Shown: positions 25,791-32,000 of the stretch, one piece after another
How positions within the stretch are numbered: position 1 is the stretch's first letter
Layout: every line of letters starts with the position of its first letter
Origin: an uncultured archaeon
GTDB taxonomy: Archaea; Micrarchaeota; Micrarchaeia; Micrarchaeales; CABMGC01
Reading direction: 5' to 3'
Length of the DNA: 32,000 nucleotides
Assembly: GCA_963704435.1 (NCBI GenBank)
Contig: OY969902.1
Coordinates: 540,001-572,000, forward strand
Notes under the pieces: generated by a model
Seen by the model: the letters and a program-made list of their open reading frames with translations, nothing else
Database searches by the model: none
Told to the model about the DNA's origin: nothing
Position numbers and translations under genes: made by a program

Positions 25791-26510
25791 ATGAAGAACA
25801 AGAAGCATACTAATCCTGGACGCAAAGTGATATCGAAGAAGAGGGTGGCGGCGAGGAGGCCCGCGCCGAGGAGAACGGCAAAGCCGTCCAGAGTTGCGCC
25901 CGCAAGGCGCGTCGCCGCGAAGAAGGCAGCTGGCGGGGCGAGGGAGGCGAAAGCGAAGGAGATGCTTAGGGTTGCGGGAGTGCTCGCGGCCGAGAAGAGC
26001 AAGGAGAAGAAGGCGAAGATCGACGAGGTGGTCGGAAAGGCCTCCTTCTCGGAGTTCATAGCACAGAACGTAGGCATGCGGGCGGTGGACATAATAAAGC
26101 TGATAAACGTGCCGCAGACGGACGAGAGCGTCGCCGCCGAGCTGGGAATGAAGATAAACGAGGTGAGGCGCATCCTCAACGTGCTCAACGGTTACGGCGT
26201 CGCGCGGTATGACACCAACAAGGACAGCAAGGGGTGGCTGACGTTCAGGTGGCGCATCGACGGAGATAGGCTGATGGCGCTTAGCGCCACGGTCGACGCC
26301 AAGAAGCCCGAGACCGCGTACAGGCTCTCCGAGGACTGCAACGACTTCTTCTGCTGCGACAAGTGCTACGACGAACAGAAGGCGATCCTTCCGTTCGATG
26401 CTGCTTTTGAGAACAAGTTCCGCTGCGACGTTTGCGGCGGGAAGCTGAGAAGGCTCAATAAGGACGAGGTATCGTCCCTCTTCGCGGAGGAGGGGACCCG
26501 CGCCTTCTGA
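25791..26510 (+). CDS. tfe: Transcription factor E (TFE-alpha) with basic N-terminal extension
   Basis: N-terminal wHTH region ('VDIIKLINVPQTDESVAAELGMKINEVRRILNVLNGYGVARY') and C-terminal zinc ribbon ('CCDKCYD...FRCDVCGGKL'). Confidence 0.88.
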   Translation: MKNKKHTNPGRKVISKKRVAARRPAPRRTAKPSRVAPARRVAAKKAAGGAREAKAKEMLRVAGVLAAEKSKEKKAKIDEVVGKASFSEFIAQNVGMRAVDIIKLINVPQTDESVAAELGMKINEVRRILNVLNGYGVARYDTNKDSKGWLTFRWRIDGDRLMALSATVDAKKPETAYRLSEDCNDFFCCDKCYDEQKAILPFDAAFENKFRCDVCGGKLRRLNKDEVSSLFAEEGTRAF

Positions 26511-26515
26511 ACAAA

Positions 26516-26526
26516 GCTTTTATAGG
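26516..26526 (+). promoter_or_regulatory. Putative TATA box for tRNA-Met
   Basis: 'gcttttatagg' about 29 nt upstream of the tRNA 5' end. Confidence 0.45.
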
Positions 26527-26549
26527 TTGGGTGCCTTTTTATTACGTAA

Positions 26550-26699
26550 AGCGAGGTAGGGTAGCCTGGAGTGCCCGTCGGGCTCATAAAATACGGCTGC
26601 GGAATACCGCTGCTGCCTTCTAGACAAAATCTAAAGACCAGCCATTTGCTTGTTTTGTGGGAAACCCGAAGATCGGAGGTCCAAATCCTCCCCTCGCTA
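26550..26699 (+). tRNA. Initiator-type tRNA-Met (CAT) with 75-nt intron at 37/38
   Basis: Acceptor agcgagg/cctcgct with A1:U72; anticodon stem tcggg/cccga (three G:C pairs next to the loop); loop ctcata|a; T-arm ggagg-tccaaat-cctcc. Mature length 75 nt. Confidence 0.9.
26589..26663 (+). other. Predicted 75-nt tRNA-Met intron
   Basis: Central helix ctca/tggg (one G-U) with bulges taa and aaa. Confidence 0.8.
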
Positions 26700-26711
26700 T
26701 ATACCCCTCAC

Positions 26712-26805
26712 TTCCGCTATTCGGGCATCTTGTATAATATTATATAAATAAAGAAACAACATAAAATGAATTGAATGAGCCGGAGACCGCTTCAGAATAG
26801 CGGAA
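26712..26805. repeat. 11-bp perfect inverted repeat flanking an AT-rich 72-nt spacer
   Basis: ttccgctattc (26712-26722) and gaatagcggaa (26795-26805); spacer includes palindrome tataatattata. Confidence 0.75.
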
Positions 26806-26817
26806 CTCTACCCCTGT

Positions 26818-27309
26818 GTGATTGAAATGTCATTGACGATAACCTCCGATCTCCTGTTCTCGAGGCTGAACGAGGAAAGGGAGAAGGGGGCGCTCACGTC
26901 CTTACCCAAGGAGTTCTACAGCGAGGCCCGAGCGTTCGTCGACAGCATGAATGACGATGCCTCCGGGGCAAAGCAGAAGCAGACGGCCAACGCGCGCAGG
27001 ATGCTTCACGAGCTCAAGGAGAAGCGGAAGCAGAAGATACTGATATACCTCGCGTACGACAAGCCCCTCCCGCAGCCCATGCCCGACGAGGAAGAAGCTT
27101 TATATAACGAAATACGGAGAATATTAAACAGAACGGGAGAAGCGAGCGAGAAGACCGCGCGCATAAAGATCCTCTCGGACGTGCCGGAGATACTGACTTC
27201 GGAAGGCAGGAAGATAGGCCCGTACCAGCAGGGCGCAGTCGTCGAGATGCCCCGCGGCGCCGACGCTGATTTCGTGCTTAAGAACAAGATCGGAGAGCTC
27301 ATAGCTTAG
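26818..27309 (+). CDS. GINS-complex-like protein (archaeal Gins51/Gins15 type)
   Basis: Helical N-terminal 'LPKEFYSEARAFVDSM...ARRMLHELKEKRKQKILIYLAYD' and C-terminal 'ILSDVPEILTSEGRKIGPYQQGAVVEMPRGADADFVLKNKIGE'. Confidence 0.75.
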   Translation: MIEMSLTITSDLLFSRLNEEREKGALTSLPKEFYSEARAFVDSMNDDASGAKQKQTANARRMLHELKEKRKQKILIYLAYDKPLPQPMPDEEEALYNEIRRILNRTGEASEKTARIKILSDVPEILTSEGRKIGPYQQGAVVEMPRGADADFVLKNKIGELIA

Positions 27310-27316
27310 TGGTTTT

Positions 27317-27598
27317 ATGAAAATTGAAAGCGAGATCAGGGTGTACTGCCCCTACTGCAATAAGCATACATTGCACAAGGTGAAATTCCCCCCGAAGAAT
27401 GCGCAGCGCGGCCTCAGCTTCGGAACCAGGAAGCACCTCAGGCGCACGAAGGGATACGTGGGCAGCGTAGCGGTGAGGCTCAAGCCGAAGAAGCTCGGCA
27501 AGAGGCAGAAGATGCTGCTCGAGTGCAAGGAATGCAAGAAATCTGTGGAGCGCATATTCGGCCAGCGCACGAAGAAGAAGCTGGAGATAAAGAGATGA
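27317..27598 (+). CDS. rpl44e: 50S ribosomal protein L44e
   Basis: Conserved 'YCPYCNKHTLHKV' and 'CKECKKS' zinc motifs. Confidence 0.93.
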   Translation: MKIESEIRVYCPYCNKHTLHKVKFPPKNAQRGLSFGTRKHLRRTKGYVGSVAVRLKPKKLGKRQKMLLECKECKKSVERIFGQRTKKKLEIKR

Positions 27599-27608
27599 GG
27601 CGCGTCCC

Positions 27609-28355
27609 TTGATAGTACAGAAGAGCATGCCCGAACTCGGCGAAATCGTCCTCGTGAAGCTGAACAAGATAATGCCCCACGGGGCGTACTGCCAGCTCGT
27701 GGAGTATGGCGTCGACGCATACCTCCCGATAGGGGAAGTCGCGTCCGGCTGGATAAAGAACATACACGAGCACATAAGGGAGGGCCAGCGCGACGTCGCG
27801 AAGGTGGTGTTCGTCGACCCGAGCAGGAGGGCCGTCGACGTCTCGCTGAAGAAAGTCAGCGTGAAGGAGAAGAAGGGCAAGATAAACGACTTCGCGCTCG
27901 AGAAGAGGGCGGAGAAGTTCTTCATGCAGGCCCTCGAGGCCGCGGGCAAGACCGCGAAGGCAGAGGAGATCAAGAGGAAGCTGGCGCAGAAGGTCCCGAC
28001 GTACCTGGAGCTGCTGGACCAGGTGCACGAGAACCGGCTGGAGGCCGGCCTCCTGGACGAGGACGTGAAGGCCGCGTTCTCAGAGATAATCGCGAAGAAC
28101 ATCAAGCCCAAGGTGTACTCGGTGACATACACCGTGGTGCTGTCCGCCTCGAACTCGAAGGGCAACGTGTCCCTGATACGGAAGCTGTGCGAGGAGGTGG
28201 AGCGCCTCGGCGTCTCGGTGCTGTACGAGGGCGCACCCCACTACAAGATCATGGCCGAGGGGCCCAGCTACGCGGACGCGGAGGGGAAGATAAAGGAGGC
28301 GCAGCAGGTCCTCCAGAAGTATTCCCCGTACTTCAGCATATCGATCAAAAAGTGA
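27609..28355 (+). CDS. eif2a: Translation initiation factor aIF2 subunit alpha (TTG start at 27609 or downstream ATG)
   Basis: S1 domain 'MPELGEIVLVKLNKIMPHGAYCQLVEYGVDAYLPIGEVASGWIKNIHEHIREGQ', followed by the aIF2-alpha C-terminal domain. Confidence 0.93.
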   Translation: MIVQKSMPELGEIVLVKLNKIMPHGAYCQLVEYGVDAYLPIGEVASGWIKNIHEHIREGQRDVAKVVFVDPSRRAVDVSLKKVSVKEKKGKINDFALEKRAEKFFMQALEAAGKTAKAEEIKRKLAQKVPTYLELLDQVHENRLEAGLLDEDVKAAFSEIIAKNIKPKVYSVTYTVVLSASNSKGNVSLIRKLCEEVERLGVSVLYEGAPHYKIMAEGPSYADAEGKIKEAQQVLQKYSPYFSISIKK

Positions 28356-28359
28356 ACGG

Positions 28360-29103
28360 ATGAAGGACACCAAGATATACTACAGGAAGGTCAAGCTGAA
28401 CGACCCCATCCTGATCGTCGGCCTCCCCGGGATGGGGAACGTCGGAAACCTCGTGGCGGAGCACCTCAAGAACGAGCTGAAGGCCAAGAAGTTCGCCACC
28501 CTCTACTCGCCGCACTTCCCATTCCAGGTCATGATGAACAGCAGCGGCAGCTTCAGGCTCGTGAGCAACAGGTTCTACTGCCACCGCGCCAAGGGGAAGA
28601 GGGACCTGGTGATACTCCTCGGCGACGCCCAGCCGCTGTCCCCGGAGGGGCAGTACGACGTCAACGAGCGCATCGTCGAGTTCTTCAAGATGCTGGGCGG
28701 CAGGGAGATATACACGATCGGAGGCTATACGATAAAGAACGAGTACGTCAGGGCACCGCGCGTCTTCGGGGTCGCGACGGACGCGAAGACGATGGCCCGC
28801 ATAAGGAAGCATGGCGTCGTGGCTCCGCTAGTGACCGGGACTCCGATATTCGGCTCGGCCGGGCTCGTCGCCGCATTCTCCAAGAGGCACCGCATCAGCG
28901 CAGCATGCCTGATGGGGGAGACCGGCCTGGTGGACGTCGACGCGAACTCGGCGAAGGCGGTGCTGCAGGTCATAAACAAGCTGCTGGGGGTCGGAGTGGA
29001 CCTCGAGAACATGGACCGGCTCAAGACGGAGACCGAGAAGATGCTCAAGGAGCTGGAGGAGTCGTCAAAGGCATTCACGGGCTCGACCAACTACATAAGG
29101 TAA
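28360..29103 (+). CDS. PAC2 family (proteasome assembly chaperone-like) protein
   Basis: 'PILIVGLPGMGNVGNLVAEHLKNEL', 'IYTIGGY', 'GVVAPLVTGTPIFGSAGLVAAF'. Confidence 0.88.
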   Translation: MKDTKIYYRKVKLNDPILIVGLPGMGNVGNLVAEHLKNELKAKKFATLYSPHFPFQVMMNSSGSFRLVSNRFYCHRAKGKRDLVILLGDAQPLSPEGQYDVNERIVEFFKMLGGREIYTIGGYTIKNEYVRAPRVFGVATDAKTMARIRKHGVVAPLVTGTPIFGSAGLVAAFSKRHRISAACLMGETGLVDVDANSAKAVLQVINKLLGVGVDLENMDRLKTETEKMLKELEESSKAFTGSTNYIR

Positions 29104-29141
29104 GAAGTCATTCGCTTAGGGCGGCAGACGCCGCGATCCGC

Positions 29142-29227
29142 GCGCCAGTAATCTAACCTGGTTAAGATACGAGCTTCCCAAACCTCGGAATAAGCTCGCG
29201 ATCCGGGTTCAAATCCCGGCTGGCGCA
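29142..29227 (+). tRNA. tRNA-Gly (CCC) with 12-nt intron at 37/38
   Basis: Acceptor gcgccag/ctggcgc + A73; D-stem atc/gat; anticodon stem cgagc/gctcg; T-arm ccggg-ttcaaat-cccgg; spliced loop ttcccaa. Mature length 74 nt. Confidence 0.87.
29181..29192 (+). other. Predicted 12-nt tRNA-Gly intron
   Basis: Central helix ttcc/ggaa (4 bp, perfect) flanked by 3-nt bulges caa and taa. Confidence 0.83.
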
Positions 29228-29250
29228 GTATTTCAGGGTGCCAGCACCGC

Positions 29251-29916
29251 TCAGACGAGCGGGATCAGCAGCATGCACATCAGGAAGCCCGCGAGCGAGC
29301 ACATGAAGTTGGATGTGTGCTTGTTCCCTATGCCCTTGTCCTCGTAGTAGCCGAACGCGGAATCCACCAGGTTCCCGAAGAACCCCGAGAACACGGCTAT
29401 CGCGACACCCTGCCAGCCCAAACCGAGCCCTAACGCGCTCGCCCCTATTATGGCCGAGCCGACCAGGCTGGCGCCTAGCCCGACCCAGGTGACGCCCCCC
29501 GACGCCCCCTTCCGGGTCTTCTTCATGGTCAGGAGGACCGTCGGCACCCCATCGAGCACCCCTATCTCGCTGGCGAACTTGTCGGCCATCACCGCGCAGA
29601 CGCTGGCGACGAAAGGCAGTGCCAGGAGCCCCTGCGGCACGGAAGGCAGCCAGGGGCCCGCCCAGTACAGGGCCGCGGCAAGCACGGGCACCGCCCCGTT
29701 AGCGAGCACGTTCTGCCAGCCCCTGGAAGGTTCATAGACCCCTAGGCCCTGCTTCTTCACCCTGCCCACGCTCGTGATCACGGCGGATAGCGCCAGGAAC
29801 AGGACAAGGTCGAGGAGGAAGAGGATCCCGCGGTTTTTCCCCAGGACCAGCACCAGCGCCCCTATCAGCAGGGCAAGAAGGATCCCCTTCAGGTTCAGCG
29901 TCAGGATCTTGTCCAT
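29251..29916 (-). CDS. DUF92 family membrane protein (VTE6-like); start trimmed to MDKILTLNLKG
   Basis: Multi-TM sequence; 'MADKFASEIGVLDG', 'KKTRKGASGGVTWVG', 'GFFGNLVDSAFGYYEDKG...GNKHTSNFM' are DUF92 motifs. Confidence 0.85.
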   Translation of the reverse strand: MDKILTLNLKGILLALLIGALVLVLGKNRGILFLLDLVLFLALSAVITSVGRVKKQGLGVYEPSRGWQNVLANGAVPVLAAALYWAGPWLPSVPQGLLALPFVASVCAVMADKFASEIGVLDGVPTVLLTMKKTRKGASGGVTWVGLGASLVGSAIIGASALGLGLGWQGVAIAVFSGFFGNLVDSAFGYYEDKGIGNKHTSNFMCSLAGFLMCMLLIPLV

Positions 29917-29991
29917 GAAATTCCATCGTTTTGAAAGTCCAGAAATCAGATAGCCTTTTAAACCTAAGGAACATAATGAATTACAGGTTCT

Positions 29992-30066
29992 CATACTGAC
30001 CCTCCTTGTGGGGGAAAGTATGAAACTGGTCGCCTTGCCAGCACACTTCTGTGTGCTGGCCTTTTC
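29992..30066 (+). ncRNA. Candidate structured small RNA: two adjacent hairpins followed by a T-rich stretch
   Basis: tcatac-tga-cctcc-ttgt-ggggg-aaa-gtatga then perfect 10-bp gccagcacac-ttct-gtgtgctggc followed by cttttcc. Confidence 0.4.
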
Positions 30067-30173
30067 CTTATTCACTGCTTATAAGAATAAAAACCCTATT
30101 CACGGTGCGCCGAGTCAAAACCTTTAACTTCTTTGTCGTGCCTAATTCTCATGTTTAACGGAGCGGCGGTCGG

Positions 30174-31124
30174 ATGGCGAAAGAGAAGAGCATCAAGGAG
30201 ATAGAGGACCTTCCCGGAATAGGGCCAGCCACCGCCGAGAAACTGCGCGCCGCAGGGTACGAAAACATCGAGAAGGTGGCCGCCTCGGCGCCCTACGTCC
30301 TGTCCGAGCTGCTGGGGATAAGCGCCGAGAACGCCAAGAAGGCCATAGAGGCAGCCAGGCAGGCGACGAACATAGAGGTAGAGACCGCCCAGCAGGCCTA
30401 CGAGAAGAGGAAGGCCATAGGAAGGATAGCCACGGGCTCGAAGGGCCTGGACGAGCTGCTCGGCGGAGGGGTGGAGACCAACGGCATAACCGAGGTCTAC
30501 GGCAGGTTCGCCACCGGGAAGACCCAGCTGGGCTTCCAGCTCTCGGTCAACGTCCAGCTCCCTATCGGGAAGGGGGGCCTTGACGGCGCGGTGCTGTTCA
30601 TAGACACCGAAGGCACTTTCAGGCCTGAGAGGATCGAGGCGGTCGCGAAGGCGGCGGACCTTGACTCCAAGAAGATATTGGACAACATATTCGTCTCAAG
30701 GGTCACCACGACCGACCAGCAGATCCTGACGATTGAGAGGGCGGACAAGCTGGTCAGGGACAAGAACGTCAAGCTCATAGTGGTCGACTCGCTCATGTCG
30801 CTGTTCAGGTCGGAGTTCATGGGCAGGGGCGCGCTGAACGAGAGGCAGCAGAAGCTCAACCAGCACATACACAAGCTGCAGAAGCTGTCCGACGACCACT
30901 CCCTCGCGGTCTACATAACCAACCAGGTCATGGACAACCCAGGCATCCTGTTCGGCGACCCGACGACTCCGGTGGGAGGGAACATCGTGGCGCACGCGGC
31001 CACGACCCGGCTCTACATAAGGAAGAGCAAGGAGGACAAGAGGATAGTCCGGCTGGTGGACTCCCCGAACATGCCCGAGGGCGAGACCGTCATAAAGATA
31101 ACGACCAACGGGATAAAGGATTGA
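30174..31124 (+). CDS. radA: DNA repair and recombination protein RadA
   Basis: HhH 'LPGIGPATAEKLRAAGY', Walker A 'GRFATGKTQLGFQLSV', 'GAVLFIDTEGTFRPERI', 'HAATTRLYIRKSK'. Confidence 0.96.
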   Translation: MAKEKSIKEIEDLPGIGPATAEKLRAAGYENIEKVAASAPYVLSELLGISAENAKKAIEAARQATNIEVETAQQAYEKRKAIGRIATGSKGLDELLGGGVETNGITEVYGRFATGKTQLGFQLSVNVQLPIGKGGLDGAVLFIDTEGTFRPERIEAVAKAADLDSKKILDNIFVSRVTTTDQQILTIERADKLVRDKNVKLIVVDSLMSLFRSEFMGRGALNERQQKLNQHIHKLQKLSDDHSLAVYITNQVMDNPGILFGDPTTPVGGNIVAHAATTRLYIRKSKEDKRIVRLVDSPNMPEGETVIKITTNGIKD

Positions 31125-31168
31125 GCCTCCTTTTATTCCAGATTTCCGCGCTTTTTGGGTGATACGCC

Positions 31169-31942
31169 ATGCTATCCATAATCGGCCTCGGCTTGGACTT
31201 CCGGGACATATCCTTGAGGGCGATGGACGCGGCGAGGAAGGCGGACGTGCTGCTCCTGGAGGCATACACCTCATTCCTGCCGGACGGATACGTCGAATAC
31301 TTGGAGAAGGAGGCCGGGAAGAAGGCTGCTCCCCTGAAAAGGCAGGACCTTGAGGACAACGTGAAGACAACGGTCGGCAGGGCAAAGGACATGGACGTCG
31401 CCCTGCTAGTTCCTGGGGACCCCCTCGTCGCGACGACGCACCACCTGATCATCAACACGGCAAGGAAGCTGGGCGTGGAAGTCGCGGTATTCCACTCGGC
31501 AAGTGCGTTCACGGCCGCCATCGGGGAGAGCGGTCTTGACCTATACAAGTTCGGCCCTACCGCCACGGTACCCTTCTGGCACAGGAACTACGAGCCGACA
31601 TCGTTCCTTGACGTGGTGGATAGGAACCTGAGGAACGGGGAGCACACGCTCCTGCTTCTGGACGTGCAGCAGGAGCAGCACAGGCCCATGAGCATATCCG
31701 AAGCGGTCGGCATACTGAAGGGCGCGAAGGCAAAAAGGGGTGGCGGCCTCATAAGGGACGGCCTAAAGGTGATCGTACTCGCCAATGCGGGGAGGGAGGA
31801 CAGGTTCGCAGACTACCTTGCGCTTGGGGAGGCGGAAAAGAAGCTAGGGAAGGCACTTTCAGGCAAGGCGCTGTCGATCATCGTGCCCGCTAAGATGAGC
31901 TTCGCCGAAGAGGAGAACCTAAGCTCCGCGCTTTCCGGTTGA
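31169..31942 (+). CDS. dphB: Diphthine synthase
   Basis: 'MLSIIGLGLDFRDISLRAMDAARKADVLLLEAYTS', 'VALLVPGDPLVATTHHLI', 'ASAFTAAIGESGLDLYKFG'. Confidence 0.93.
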   Translation: MLSIIGLGLDFRDISLRAMDAARKADVLLLEAYTSFLPDGYVEYLEKEAGKKAAPLKRQDLEDNVKTTVGRAKDMDVALLVPGDPLVATTHHLIINTARKLGVEVAVFHSASAFTAAIGESGLDLYKFGPTATVPFWHRNYEPTSFLDVVDRNLRNGEHTLLLLDVQQEQHRPMSISEAVGILKGAKAKRGGGLIRDGLKVIVLANAGREDRFADYLALGEAEKKLGKALSGKALSIIVPAKMSFAEEENLSSALSG

Positions 31943-32000
31943 CCTGCCCTTCACCTTCCAGTACTTGAGCGTATAGACGAGGAACAGCCCGCTCACTCCT
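31919..32000 (-). CDS. C-terminal end of an ORF entering from the right edge (partial)
   Basis: Reverse-strand frame ...GVSGLFLVYTLKYWKVKGRSTGKRGA*; would overlap the dphB 3' end. Confidence 0.3.
   Translation of the reverse strand, partial: GVSGLFLVYTLKYWKVKGRSTGKRGA

Noticed and set aside
25711-25818. Possible 35-aa upstream ORF (MRLRGRTGFLAK...) overlapping the TFE start
   Set aside because: Frame is open, but there is no ribosome-binding or conservation evidence; could equally be an untranslated leader.
27299-28165. Minus-strand 288-aa ORF and the 27480..28028 ORF
   Set aside because: Antisense to L44e and aIF2-alpha, whose coding identity is unambiguous.
29175-29193. Alternative splicing register giving a ttcataa loop (anticodon CAT) for the 29142 tRNA
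   Set aside because: It would need a cut inside ttccc without a BHB; the 37/38 register has a perfect 4-bp central helix with 3-nt bulges and gives a typical Gly(CCC) loop ttcccaa.
29917-30075. N-terminal 53-aa extension of the DUF92 ORF in the track
   Set aside because: It reads through the hairpin-rich intergenic region and is not membrane-like; the natural start is MDKILTLNLKG at 29916.
30696-31566. Minus-strand ORFs 30696..31385 and 31090..31566
   Set aside because: Antisense shadows of radA and dphB.
1-32000. CRISPR array, transposase/IS element, rRNA, toxin-antitoxin pair
   Set aside because: No regularly spaced repeats, recombinase motifs, rRNA sequence or recognisable TA proteins were seen on either strand.

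Overview
This looks like a gene-dense chromosomal segment of a small-genome archaeon. The likely lineage is DPANN/Micrarchaeota-ARMAN-like; that is inferred from gene content and tRNA intron style and was not tested phylogenetically. Recognisable genes: 2'-5' RNA ligase, a tRNA-binding OB-fold protein split by a frameshift, UPF0200-type kinase, pyroglutamyl-peptidase family, MTA/SAH deaminase-like amidohydrolase, SlyD-like FKBP, class I LysRS, Lhr-like helicase, GT2 glycosyltransferase, gyrA/gyrB, cyclic 2,3-diphosphoglycerate synthetase-like, TFE, GINS-like, L44e, aIF2-alpha, PAC2, DUF92-like, RadA and diphthine synthase. Six tRNA genes were read by eye: Asn-GTT, Lys-TTT, Ser-GGA, Lys-CTT, initiator-type Met-CAT and Gly-CCC. 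Three of these are interrupted. The best single observation is a tRNA-Ser gene with two small introns; the second, 17 nt long, lies in the T-loop inside an almost ideal bulge-helix-bulge motif. Other points of interest: a tandem overlapping pair of divergent paralogous proteins with no recognised family (10597-13103), a Pcp homolog with its catalytic Cys replaced by Ser, a six-TM half-size MFS protein, and a tandem-hairpin candidate ncRNA in the divergent region upstream of radA. No CRISPR array, rRNA or transposase was seen. No clearly new defence-type system can be demonstrated from sequence alone.
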